A stretch of DNA of 64,000 nucleotides from Catajapyx aquilonaris. Lineage: Eukaryota. Each line of letters begins with the position of its first letter. Position 1 is the stretch's first letter. The position numbers and the translations under genes are program-made. The stretch is from positions 1-64,000 of the forward strand of contig KZ538357.1 in NCBI GenBank assembly GCA_000934665.2, written 5' to 3'. Of this stretch, positions 38,001 to 51,200 are shown one piece after another. The notes below the pieces were generated by a model, which worked only from the letters and a program-made list of their open reading frames with translations, had not been told where the DNA came from and did not search any database.

Positions 38001-41000
38001 TGATGGACCATAGAGCCAAAAGCATCAATTTGTTATTGGCCTCCTCCCTCGAAACCGGCATCTCACCTTTGCAATCCAACCGGTTGCACACATATACTTC
38101 ACGCATCGCCGAGTATGACCTCCCAAAAGTACCACCATTACTATGGACCCTAGGACTATTAAAGTGGCGACTTCACACGCCCAGCACTCACGCAACACTT
38201 TTTGAAGCCCGTACACTAACCAGCTCTAAAATCCATGTTAACAATATACAAGTTTGAGGTAAGACGACGTGAAGGGGTGCGATTAATTGAAAAACAGCCT
38301 GAGGAACATCGCGCCCTCCCTAGACATGTTTGGGACATGTTCGAGTCTCACCCCATCCATGCTTATTAGGCCCCAAATGATAGGGTGGGATGGTTCGGTA
38401 GGTGTTGCCTTTCCCACTCTATTCACGCACGTTGCAGGTGATGTGAAGCTGGCTTGGCTGGCTTGGCTGTTGTATGCATGACAATGGGGAAATTAATTAC
38501 AGATTTACTGATTCCAGATAAGGATATGGGTCGGCTGCACCGGAAGACCACAACGAAGCCGCTCTCCAGCGTTGTTACAGTGGAAGATGCTTCCTACTCA
38601 GAGCAAGGAATCATACCTGTCTACTGTGTCATACTTGGGGCTGTTGTCATTGGTAAGGAACATCAGCAACTGGAGCATGTCCTCACATTACATCAATTAC
38701 AGTGGACAATACCTGTTGAGTTAGCTCGTAGTTACTTAGTCATTATCCATTGTAGTTTTGTATACGCGTGGGGAGTCATATAAATCAACCAACATAATGC
38801 GTGGTTTGCACGAATGATTTGACCAAGTTCCCATTGCAGGCCTGCTGGCTTATGTGGTGATGAAACAATGGCGTCTTCGCAACCAGGGTCCGAAGTTGAG
38901 TGTTGGTGCCATCGCGGTTCCCCTAACGGACCCTGAAGCTTCGCCATACTTTGCAAAGCGTCCTCCGGATGCTGATTCGGGAATTCTGCTGATGCCAGAG
39001 TGTAGAGAAATGAAGCCAGGTAAGAAATACCTCCTGTTTTTTTTGTACCTTTCTTTTTCATGGGCATGACCCCGGCCAGTGGTGGCCCTTTTTTTGTGTA
39101 GCACCATAGTGTCAGCTGGTAACTGTTTCGCCTAATAAGACGTGGCGGGATGAAGATGAGGTTCACGCGAGAAACAGGTTTTAGGACCTTAATTACCGCA
39201 CCTGGAGACGCGAAATTTTCTGCTCTCCCACGTTATAAATTAGTAGAATTATGAAGAAAGATAGCTGAGGCGGACATTAATTTCTGATTATTCTGTCATT
39301 ATTTTTTGGGAGGTTGCAAGGCTATATGTGCGTCAATGTTCGGGTACGGAGAAAAAGATTTATGTCTGAGTTGTAATTACCAAAAATCGAGCTTCACTTT
39401 CCATTAGTAGTGTTACACTAATTAGTATTAATTACATTTTCAGCGGTCGCTTTACTTTACGACCGTAAGGCCTTGAAATATATACTCCTAAAATCGCATT
39501 AAAATTAGTGAAAAATTACACAGGGTGATTCGCTTGCCATCATTATTGTCGCTTCTATTTTAACTTGTGCAGTGTACCATCTTGTGAATATTTAACACAA
39601 TGCGGCATAATAAATTACTTCAATTCTAGAGCATCATTCAAGCTCATTAACATCCTGTAGATTTCTGGATAAAGAATAATGATCCACGGTACAAGAAATA
39701 ACAAGTTCTCAATGTACAAGTACTCAAGACGCATTAGGCACTCACTTATGTGAAATTATGAGCTGTTAACTGGCACTGCAAGTAGTCTACAGGACACCTA
39801 ACTTATGAGTATTAAATTTAGGACATCATGCAGGTACAACGTCTCTCCCACATATTTTACCTCTCAAAATCACTTTGGAAGCCATCACTCTGAGATAAGA
39901 CTTTATCAGCATTTAATGAACGTAACTTCCCCCTGAGGACTTATCAGGCGAGAGAGCCCTGGATCAAACAGTCTGCACACACCGTGAGAAAGCTCGGCAA
40001 ATTCACAAAGAAGACAATGAGCACCGGCTTATTATGTCGGATGGTATTTCACACGGTCCCCCCCATCTCGACCACCCCAACTCTCATGTACCCTCTCAGA
40101 CTACCTTCCATCTTTAATCCGGGACCCGATTTGTCACACTGTGTGGAAGTGTAGATTGCTCTGATAAAACGAAAAATATACTGGATGGCAAAAAATTTAA
40201 CGCAAAAGTAAAACAGGATGGTAAAAAAACATTGTAAGATTTCCGATTCTTTTTGCATATGGTAATACCTTTCAGATTTACTCCGTGTTACTCATTATTA
40301 CTTATTACCTTTAATTGTACCTTCAACATGAACTTTGACCGGAGTTCAGCGTTCCATTGAATTAATTTCAACCCCCCAGAGGACATATGGGGAGTGGTTT
40401 AAATTTCACTGGGGCCATCATATTTTTTTTTTCTACGTTTTTTTTTTTCTCTCTTTCTATCCTGCATCTCGTCCTTGTGGCCGATTTCACGGCGTGGCTG
40501 GGGAAGATCTGAAAGGCGCGACCGGTTCGAAGAGCGTGGAAAATCGCAGGAGATACACCCAAAAAATGCCTGAAGAGGTTACACCGCCTTTCCCACAGGC
40601 AGGGTGACAAATCGGACCAGCCGAGTTATTTAGTAACGGATTCCAAGATGTTCATGTCACGCATATATATTTTTCCTACCAAAAAGAAAGTTGATTCGTG
40701 ATTTTGTGAACAGCATTTTTAGTGCAATCTGGGTTTCGCTTGATGCACTTTTCCCACGATGCAAATGCTGTACACAGTTGGATTTTTAAAAATAGCGTGT
40801 AAAACAAAAAAAAACTGTTCATTCTTGGATATTTTTAATGATGGTTTTACTACATATGAAGTGCTTGTGAACCGCGCACATTAACCTGAAACGTTCTTGA
40901 AATTCCAGTCCTGTCTAGAAATTGTCCGTGAAATTAGCGCCTTGGAAGACAAGGTACGGCCAGATTGGAGGTCCACCTTTTTTTTGCCATTCCAAAAGAT

Positions 41001-41718
41001 ATGGACGGCTAGCTAAATCGGTAATTTCGTTGCTGCCCCACTATCACTTTTTGCTACCACCTTCCATCCGGAAAGGACAGTAAAAAAAAACGGTTTTCTC
41101 AGGATGGCACGACCGTCACGAATTTAATTGTGGTTATTGTAGAAAGAGGCATGCTGTATTATTCCAGGCACAATTTCTTTGAAAATGACCAAATAGAGGG
41201 TGCGGCCAAATTGAGGCATTAGTGACTGCATCATTTTTCATTTTACGAATGTTGTCAGGTGTATGAAGTTTACTGTCCTCTGATTAACTGACCTCTAATT
41301 TCTTTATGTTGCAGTCACAATGGATTCGAGGCTTAGAGAAGTTTGTAGCAGTAAAAGGCGAGAAATGGAATCACTTCTCAATGTTCGAAGAGAGCACAAA
41401 GACTGGAAAGCCCTTGCCAAAGAGCTAGGTAAGTTGTGTTTTACTTTAACAAGATCTAGTGTTGTGTGCACCATTTTACAGTCTGTTTTCAATGCAGGTT
41501 ACACATCGCGTCGAATAGCAGCGTTTGAACATCGGGCAGTGGAAAAGCACAGTATACCTATACGACACCTATTCGCCGATTGGTCCAAAGGGGAAGTCGG
41601 TACGGTGCACAACCTGGTACGAGCATTGAAGAACATCGGGAGATATGACGTGATTCGAGTTCTGTTCCCACCGTGCGAGTGGGCAGATCACCATAGGCAC
41701 CAAGGAGAAATAGTGTAG
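29076..41718 (+). CDS. NGFR: p75 neurotrophin receptor-like TNF receptor (TNFRSF16/NGFR family), 6 coding exons, 413 aa
   Basis: Exons 29076-29120 (signal peptide MESVSFGLLLAAVIA), 32580-33111 (four 6-Cys TNFR CRDs), 38503-38652 and 38840-39019 (TM IIPVYCVILGAVVIGLLAYVVMKQW; juxtamembrane DSGI), 41315-41428 and 41498-41718 (death domain DWKALAKELGY..LFADWSK..TVHNLVRALKNIGRYDVIRVL). All GT-AG and in phase, 1242 nt. Confidence 0.9.
29676..29688. other. Assembly gap
   Basis: 13 N; further Ns sit in G/C homopolymers near 7867, 9797 and 58053-58055. Confidence 0.95.
33665..33930. mobile_element. Foldback MITE with CAGTGTTG-type ends
   Basis: About 75-bp inverted arms TGTTGAACATTAAT..GCAAATCGAAGTGATAGAG / CTCTATCACTTCGATTTGCA..ATTAATGTCCAACA. 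Confidence 0.75.
36477..36605. repeat. 30-bp minisatellite (about 4.3 copies) inside a small inverted-repeat-bounded, Helentron/HINE-like element
   Basis: Unit AGCCAATCACGGCCAGTATCGCGCCGCTGC, bracketed by GAGAGTGTCC (about 36459) and GGACACTCTC (about 36634). Confidence 0.85.
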
Positions 41719-42027
41719 TGGACATCACAAATGATCAAGCTTTACTGTGATATATATACGGTGTGCAAATGTGTGCGAGTGCCTTTCACAGAATGAGTGA
41801 ATATACGGACAATTTTTGACAATTTTTTTTAAAGGTACGAATGTAAGAATTTCCAGTCATGTCATGTATGGTTTATACCGTAATATGCTCTAGTGTACAA
41901 AATTAAGTTCAATACAAAGACTAAGTTAAGTAGTATGCTGATTTTTATTTTTTTGTTCCATGTATTACTGGTGCCATCTATGGACAGCGTCATTTTTACA
42001 ATTTTGTCATAGCAGCTTTTCGTGAAA

Positions 42028-42058
42028 AATAAAACCCGATCAAAAAATAAAAATAAAA
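42028..42058 (+). terminator. Candidate polyadenylation signals of the p75-like gene
   Basis: Cluster of AATAAA hexamers about 310 nt after stop 41718. Confidence 0.4.
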
Positions 42059-45000
42059 ATCTGGCCATCCCGGTGGATCAGGAATCCCGAACTTTGATGG
42101 GTGTTTATGTCATGAAAAGTTGGGTAGGTGGCCTTGCTCTTTCTCTTGCATTCCTCCGAGGGGGAAACTCACCCTCCATCTCGCCGTCTATTAGGAATTT
42201 TATGGCGAAGAGGAACCGGACGCCGGGCTTATATACGCCACATTGGCCACACCGGCCATTTATCAGGACAGGACATTGACCCATTTGTGAAGAGAGAAAA
42301 AAATTACATAAGCTGTTGATAGCCTACATTTTTATCTACAAGATTCATTGCCGTCCTCACATTGCCTACTAATTTTTGAAAAGAAAATGTGATAGCATTG
42401 TGGCTAATATTGCAGGGGGAAAAAACAGGCAAGGTGTTTTGTGGACTATAAAAAAGACAATCACGTAACTTAATTCAGGCGGAATTGTTTTCTTGCCGAA
42501 AAATTGTTGAGAGGTGAGGGGAGGGTGATATGGGGGTGGTTGGTAAGAAAAGGGGGGGTATGATGAGCACCCGCGGCGCCCCACGAGTGTGAAATTCCCC
42601 GCCCACCAATCACAGCTGGCCTTGGACTGACCCATTGTTGCCAGCTGGGTCCCAACAGGTAAGCACCCAAGCTGCTTTATTTGCATGTCAACGCCTTGCG
42701 GCTGCAAATGTTCAAATAATTACTCTTCTACTGTGATGTAATTGCATAGCTCCCGGTAACTACAGCGGTTGAATACGAAAGGTGCTGCAACAACAATTGA
42801 AATGAAAAATTAGGCACTGTTTCTCTATAATTATGAAGTACTTATTTTCCAAAGTGGTTAGGTTCACTTCTTTTTGCAAATAATTATTTGAGAGGTGTGT
42901 CAATATTGTGGCGTTTAATGCCCCCATATCTTTACTCGTGTATAGAATTGGTCATCTCAAATTATACGCTTTGCTGCGTATTATAATATTTTACGATAAA
43001 TAATAATGTCACAATCGGTATTTACTGCATTGGTAAAATTTTCCGCATGTTCAGAAAGACACATTTACACACTTTCAGCCACAGTACAACATGGTAATTA
43101 TTTCAACTAAAAAAAATGCACGAATGCTCAAAAATGAAGCAATTTTAAGAACTAAAAACCGGTCGGGAATTATTATTTAAAAATAAATGTAGGTTCGATT
43201 AGAACAATTCGTAAACCAGTTGATACCCTAAAATTCCACTCCCCACATAATAACAACAATCCTGTACGTAGTGCACACTTTTGAAAGAGGGAACAAAAAG
43301 GTTGGTACCTGAGACCATCCAAACCTGGAATATCATCTAGGGCGCAATGAATCATGGGCCGGGCCTGAGGGTAGATTGCCGGTCGCAGATGGAACATGAT
43401 TACAGAGCTGGAAGAAGCTTCATGAGAGGTTTTGCTGCGGATCCTCGGGAGAAAACTTGCACCTCCCGTGGCAATCATTGCCCACCATCTGAGGAGGGCC
43501 ATTCTAATACAATCCAATCATAGGGAAGGGGGGATGGAAATGACACTCTTGGGGTGTAGAATTTCGAGCCTATCATTGAACCGGGCATTACCTCTCACGC
43601 TATGCTTTCAGATTTACTGGAGCGATCAAGTATTTTAAAAAAAAATCTGAAAGTGGATGGGAGGTGCTTATGTGGACCAGGTTTGTAGTTAACAAAAATA
43701 TGTAAATAATTGTAGTGGAACATAATTATTTTCATTCACGTATAGTGTCTTCCATTTGTTGCTTCTTACTTCCTTCAGCAGTTATTAATGCGTGAAGACT
43801 AGTGACATACTGAGGAGGGCTGTAGATCACATGCTGGGCTATACATGAAATGATGAATTTGGCAACAGCGTGGCGCACGCAGGCTTTGGGCCATCTTGGG
43901 GCCTGGAAGGTGGTAATTACCTGGCTATATCAGAGGGCCTGCTTCTCCACCTGCATACAAAGTGGTTATAACATGTCCCCCACACCCCCTTGCTCCAAGA
44001 TCGTCTTTCGGTTTTTCTTGCCTTCTTCTTTTTGTGATGCATACGCTGAGACTTGGAGTTATCTTTATTGGGTATTCAAGAGTACTTCATGTCACTCCTT
44101 ACAAGTTCCTTATGGGTTATTAAGGCACTTCGTATTCTGTCAGATTCACGCGTCATTCTTGTACGCGTTCTTCCGCAGAATGTACCGGTTCTCAAATGGG
44201 TGTGATAAGTTTAATTTATTTAAGTAAGTTTTTTTGTTGATGTTCCGTCCCTCCATAATTCCTTTGTGCAGCACTAGTAATGCTACATAAATGAATAGAA
44301 AATTGCCGACACAGAGAGTGACAGCAACGAATTCTTTCCAGTATATATGGATAGTTTAACAATCTAATGCAGTATTGTAGGCTGCATTTTAAAGTGTCAT
44401 TAGTTAATGATGATGCATGGTTGGAATTTTGAGTACCACATGCATAAGTATTGTTCTGGTATTGTTAGCTTATCTTTCAAAAATACAGTACAATAATTTT
44501 GTCGCCCGTGCTTAGGACTCTTCATATCAAGCATTACTCTCAAGCCTCTCTCGGGCAAATATGAGGATGAAAACCGTCGTGATGTTTTTTATAGCCAGGC
44601 ATAAAATAGTGAAATGAAAATAATGTAGCAATATGTATCTGACACGTACTGTCTGCTGTGAGAAACAAGACCAAACTCCTGGGAATTCCCGTAATTTCAG
44701 GCAATGAAGTGAAATTATTACCCAAATAGCTGACATGACGATTCTAATCATGTGCTGCACCTGTTCCAATCGCAGGAACAATAGGAAGCAGATCTGGCAG
44801 TTTAAAAATGATACCATTCCTGCCATGTTCGGTCCCGGGATGTCAAATTGGTACTGAAAAAATGACAAACAAAATAATATCTGATGATAACTGTAAGTAC
44901 CCTATAACAATTTATGGCTCATTTAAAAAGGTAGCAGTTGTAGTACATGTACGATGTCGTACAGGTCAAATGGTAATTTGGCTTGTATTACTGATTGGCA

Positions 45001-45395
45001 CAATGCCGCCGATCCATGCTCCAGAGAGTCATGGACTGCATGTATCAATTTTTCAATATTATATTTTCCAATTTCAGGTCGCATTAATGTTGAATAATGC
45101 AATCACTATTCTTATTATGTCAGGTGCGAGTATAGATTATTATTACTGTTTAACATTCAGCAGAAGTGAGCGCTGTTGAAGTCGAGTGAAGTCCTCTAAT
45201 TATTTTCTCTGCCTGGAAATACTGGCGCAACCGTGAGGAGCCTGCTACCAGATTGTATATCACTTGCAACAAGAGGTTTCAATGTTGAGTATTCAAGACG
45301 ATTCAAGATTATGGGTTCATGTCATGCCGGACTATGCTGAAAGACTTAGCCTACTTCACAGAAATAAACTTGGAGAGTTTCATAACTTAGCTCAC

Positions 45396-45452
<57 letters not shown>
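45396..45452. repeat. (TTA)n microsatellite
   Basis: 19 consecutive TTA units. Confidence 0.95.
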
Positions 45453-45453
<1 letters not shown>

Positions 45454-46784
45454 ATGTAGGCCTATTTGAAATATCGAGGAACTATAGACTAACAATGTAT
45501 TAATAACAGCAATGTAGTGCAGTCGTAGTTTCAAGTCGATATGAGTATATAGCCTACATTTAATATCACGACAAAGGCCTGTAACGTGACGTACGGTAAA
45601 TACTATAAAACTTGCACTTAACCTGCTACCTGCATGACATGGACACTGAATGACCCAAGAATGACCCGAATTAGAAAAGCGTATTTTTAGACATCACTGA
45701 TCCAAAAAGTGATACTTTAAAATCAACTAAATACGATTAAAACGGGCAATGGAGTGATGACGCCTGTCCGCAACAGTGCTAACACGGTTAACACCGATGT
45801 GCGAGGCAGTCGTGATGTACAGTACTGACGTTGTACTGTACATGACGGTACACATGATAATGTAACTGATTCCGTTAACTCCAGGTGGGGACACTTTCCG
45901 ACAAGCAAGCAAGCAGTGCAGTGGCAGGCAGGAAGAGGGAGTTACTGGCGTTGAAGGGAAGGAGAAACGCCATTTTGAAATTTCAGCGCGAACTGTCGGC
46001 ACGTGGGATGCTCTCTCGACCTCGGCTTGTCTCTCTCTAATGGGCACCGCACATTACACGGCAACTTCACCTACATTAGTACATTACATACCATTACTTG
46101 GTGCTTGGTTCGACTGTACTACGCCTAGTAGGCCTACTCCGCCAGCATCAAGACGAAGAAATGGACCGGGGCAGCAACGCTGAATAAGGTAAGTCAACAA
46201 TGTAGAAACTCGAACAGATGTTGGCCTCCTGCAGGCTACCTTTCCATCTTCATGACGGTCGGTGGATTTGTGCATATGTTGTTTTTTGTAGGAATTTGTC
46301 ACATGACGGCATTTTATTGCATCAGTGACCATCCATATTATATCTCCTCTGATGGGTCTCTGTATATGGTGGTTTTGGTGTTCTTATGTCATGGTCTGAA
46401 TAATTGTAGGCCTACAGTGGCTTTTTTGCCATCATCCTTATTCGTAATATCAAGAGCTCTTGGTAATATGGGACACTACAGTACCTTAAAGAAGTTGGTG
46501 TTTACTTTGTGTGTATCTACCTTCGACATTATGCCATCGCTGTACTTTCCAATAACCACGTTGCCAATGAACTGTGCTACTAAAATGGTATTACGTTGAC
46601 AAGAGATAAATGTCGCAATTTTTCAAGCGCAATTTGTTTAAATGTGAGGAAATGATAAGAGTAGCAATAATCTACCGGTATTACAAGTGCTGATGTCCCA
46701 AGGCAGATATCCCAGCTTTTTCCGCATTTGATATCACATATCACCATTAAGAAGATTTATTTGACCTTCAAACTGGAGATACGT

Positions 46785-46980
46785 ACAGTAAAATCTCGTT
46801 TTAGCGAATACCAATACAACAAAATTTTAATAGAACGCAATAAAAATAAAATTTTGGTTGGCCAGCCGTAAGAGCTGTAATCCCGTTATTAGGTCTACGA
46901 AATGCGCTACTACGATTTTCAGTACAACGAATACGAAATGTGGTTCCCGGGCTAGTATTGAACACGATATAACGAAATAT
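46785..46980 (+). mobile_element. pogo/Tigger-like MITE 5' fragment
   Basis: TA|CAGTAAAATCTCGTTTTAGCGAA followed by repeated TACAACGAA/TATAACGAA motifs. Confidence 0.5.
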
Positions 46981-48282
46981 GCACTACTAGTACCAGCTAG
47001 TAGTGAAATGCTCCGCCACACGAGCTCCAGCACTGTCTATAGCGATAAGCGAGTGCAGCCCTTGCAAAATTGACGTCAAGCAAGCCATCGACATGTCACT
47101 GAAGCCTGGTCATGCGTAACACCGTCAACAATCGTGAAATGTTGGGGTAAAAGTTGCATCACGGTGTCGGCAGTGTCTGTTTTTTTTTGGGGGGGGGGGG
47201 ACTAAATAAATAAATAAAATACATAAATAAATAATAATAATTGATAAGTGGAGCCAAACCAAACCATTTCTGAAGCTATCTCTTGAATTACCTTTTGCTG
47301 TGAGACGCTCTCAAGTGTGGCGGTGAGATCAGGTAGATATTGTCCCATGAAAAGAGCCACTGTACAAAATACTGCCTTATTTGGTGCAGCATTAATACAG
47401 TCATCTAGCATATTGAAGATTAATTCCTTTTCTATTGGTGAGCCAGAGAGAGGTGCTGGTCTATAATAATTTATTAGCACCATAAGGTTGTGCCAGCGCT
47501 AGTTCAGACTCACGTTCACCTGACCATCTGACAAACAACATTATTTTGTGTAATCTGACAAAAAATGTAGGCCATCAGTTGCTTTGAAACACTATTTTCT
47601 AATAGTGTCTAAAGCAGCGCATTTCATTGTAACTTTTAAACTTCAAACATAACAAAGGGGTTTCTAACTGCGAACTGCTGGTTATTTCTCCCACAACGTA
47701 CCATATTTGCTTCTCCACTCTGAATAATGACTAAGCTGCCAGAAAGAAGGCACAGTACCGGGTACCTGAAGCCAATGCCTGAAGCATTCTTCACATGTGC
47801 TGAATTTTGGCTCAGTGAGACAGTCATAGTGAAAGTGTTGTACTAGGACTGTTGAGATGACCTCACAGCATTGTTTCGCTCTCACTAGCTAACCAAGCAG
47901 GCTGGTTAGCTTCTTCTGTTTTGTGTATACATCTTGAGAAAGCGGCATTAATTTGGCGACATTTCCTATCAGCTTAATTCGGATGTTAGCATAAGTATGT
48001 GTAATTCTCTGCTACAGCAGGACCAGGCCCCTGTATTCGCGATGGGAGCACAGAACATGCTATCAAATAATGAGATACCCCACATTTTGGATATAAATAA
48101 GTATGTATTATAAGAGGGATTTTTAGCTTAAAATTTAACATTAGGTGCATCTTGTGACGCCCCTTTTCCCATACATAGTTAAAGTACACGGTCATGCTAC
48201 ACTCTTATGTGGATTGACCTTAATTGACGAAAGGGAACGATGGTTGCAATGGGGATCGGCCAGATGGGTCATGTGATGCCAA

Positions 48283-51200
48283 CTATTCTGCCCCTTCGGA
48301 TTTTTGGATGTACTTTTTGGTTTGTTTCATGATCTTCTGTGTCTCTTTTCCAGTAGGCGTATCTTCAGTGGGTGTTGATTCTGCCAGCTGCAAGCAGTTC
48401 ATGGCTTCCTCCAAGTTTCCTAGTTTGACTGAAATGAAACGGTGTGGTGTATTGTTAATGACCATTCATGTTGGTGAGGGAGTATGCATGACTTACTGTT
48501 CGCCTGTGTCCTGAGAACCAGCGCATTGAATTTCCAGGTACCACCACTCTTTTCCAGTCCGTCTGCAGTGTTGGTGCACATCTCCGCGTAGTAGTTTGCT
48601 TCATCGAGCTTGTCCATTTCTGTCAATCAGAAAATATCAGAATATTATAGCACCCCTTATGTCACATACTGTACGTAATGAGAATTTCCTTCGACTATCC
48701 TGAATATAATCTAAATACCTAGCCTAGTCTATGTGCAAATAGTCACATCTGTGCTGCCAATTCTGACAGGCATTAAAACACTGTAATTGAGTTAGAGGGA
48801 ACAGCTACATAATTTTTATCAGTGTACTTTCATATATCTCCCCACCTGCCTATAGCCTAATTATATCGCACTATGAAAATAAGTCCTACCGAGGTAGCAT
48901 CGTCCGATTTCGTGGCAGAGCCAGACCCTTTCCATCGGATCCGTAGTGAGTGGCAGCCTGGCCTCCCAGACCTGGACAGCGTTGTTGTACTGGCCTGCCT
49001 TGACGTAGGCCTTCCCCAGCCAGTCCCTGGCCCTTTGCCTGATCTCGTCCGACTCCAGTTCGTCAGCATAGTTCAACTCCTTCAGGAAAGCATTGCAGGC
49101 TGCCTCGCCCTTGTTCATCCCCAATAGGCACTGTCCCCTGACGTTGACGATGAAAGCCACCACCTCCTTCTTCGCCGGGCTCTCCTTCACTCCTACCATT
49201 GCCTTCAAAGCGCGGTTGCACACCAATAGACATTCATCTGGCGTCTTGCTTATCAAAGCTGATGGGCAGGGGGGGTGGGGGTGTAAGAGGACCAGTTCAT
49301 CACATTATACGTGTAGCATGTGATACATTTAAAAAATATACCATATTGACAATGTATACGTACAGTATTCGACATCCTCCTTTCCTCTCTTCAATACTTT
49401 TCTTGCCAAGTCCATCATCATCCTTTGCTTCTCATCTGCGGTTTTGCGTTCGTCAGACTCCGCACGCTCCCTCACCTGTTATACCAGTAAAGGTGATGTT
49501 TATAAATTCACACTTCGGGATATCAGTAGGCTATGCGTACTATGTTACCTTAGCGCTAATATTTTTTTCCACGGCGCGGCAATACAAAGGCTTATGCTGC
49601 CTCCAGAAGTCCTCTCGCGTGTTGAGGTAATTGATGGCATCTCTGACTGTGACTTGCAGACTCGTATTTGTCTTTCCGCCGCTAACCACCAGCTCTGTAA
49701 GAGGACACGAAGTTTAATAAAAACCGACTTTGATTCGAATACACTCCGAAGCCTTTCAAATGCACTGTGACTCTTGTCGAATATTACCTTTGCGGTGCTC
49801 GAGACGTTCTAGGAAGACCTTGTCGTGGTGCAAGGGTCCTAGGAGCTCCTTGCTGATGCGCCTTCCATCGACGGGCTTTCTCTTCTTGCGGGCCATCTCG
49901 ATGGGGGAAGGTCCGGTCGTGGTTGTCTTCGCCTGAGCAGCGCCACCCTTGCGGGTCACTTTGGCCGCCTGCAGTTGTTGAAGCTCGCGTTCATCCATTT
50001 CCCTCATTAGCTTTTCCAATCCTTGAAGGTCGGTGCAGAGTCTGGTCGCACCTTTGTCTGAAATGCACATCGGAAGTGTTTGGGAGACAATTACGGTAAT
50101 TGACAAGGTGACTTTAGCGACTGTGGGAAAGGCCCCTGTTTCAATTCTGTCAGGATACTTACGGCACACTGAATTTTGTATGGCTTCCTGCGCTTTTTGC
50201 ACTCCAACACGAAAGTCAGCTATGTCTGGACGGATGCGGTATCCTCGGTGGAAGTGTACCAGAGCATGCTCGAACATGCTCATTTGGTAGAGGGTCTCCG
50301 CCTTCTGGAGGATCCCCATGATGTTCACGGAGTCCTCTCGAAGGGCTGACTCCACATCCTTCAAGGCACTATGGACGTCTCCCAGCTGTAGGTAGCACTT
50401 GCTACGTGCTACCAAGGCCCTGGTGTTGCCGGGTTCCAACTCCAGAGCCTAAATCGAGATGAGACAGTTTGGATTTAGAATAATTGCGAATGTCTTCATG
50501 AGTATCTTATGCTGCCATTATTCTTAAGAATAGTTGGAAAGTCCCGTGCCAAGTTGTGTTTTCAGTTGATGAATGGGAAAGTTATTAGGGATATAAATTA
50601 CGGCCAAATCACGTGACGGATATTCTCGCGGTTTCCTGAAATATGGCCGCGGAACCTATTACCGTTAATGAGAACCGCTGGAAGAAACTCCGTCGGAGCA
50701 GTTCTTCTGTAGCGTAGATATACTAGTGCAGATATACATGAAATCGAGCAGGAGTGAGTGTTTCTAAACTGCAGTGTGCTAGGGAACATACATATACAAG
50801 CGAGATGGAAGAAACCATCACCTTGTTGAGAGTAGACAAACCCAAATCCAACAAATCCCGCTTTATTTCCCTATCAGCTTGCAGGACAAACACATCCGAA
50901 TCGAACTGGTCCGGTATCTCGAACAGCATCTTCCTCTCTTGCTTCTTCTTGACGCTGAGGTCTTGCTTGATGTCCTTACTGCCCAGGTTGACAGCAGCGG
51001 CCCTGTCCTTGTCCGTGTACAGCTCTTCCCTGACCCGACGTATCCGCCTGGACCCTCTTCGACTGGCACTGTGGATCCTGGACGGTGGTCCGCTCTTTGA
51101 AGGCGAAGATGACCTGGCCGAACTAATGGAGGTGGACTTGGACATTGGCGGAGGGCCTGGAAGACGTCTCTTCTCCTGGACTTTCTTCACGATTTCGCGG

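Noticed and set aside
43173..43517. hAT dimerisation-domain remnant (WW..ASSSS)
   Set aside because: Resemblance too weak to support without an alignment.
43850..44227. Possible extra coding exon or small gene between p75 and ODAD4
   Set aside because: The K/R-rich minus frame is interrupted by TGA, ODAD4 already stops at 48283, and no family was recognised.
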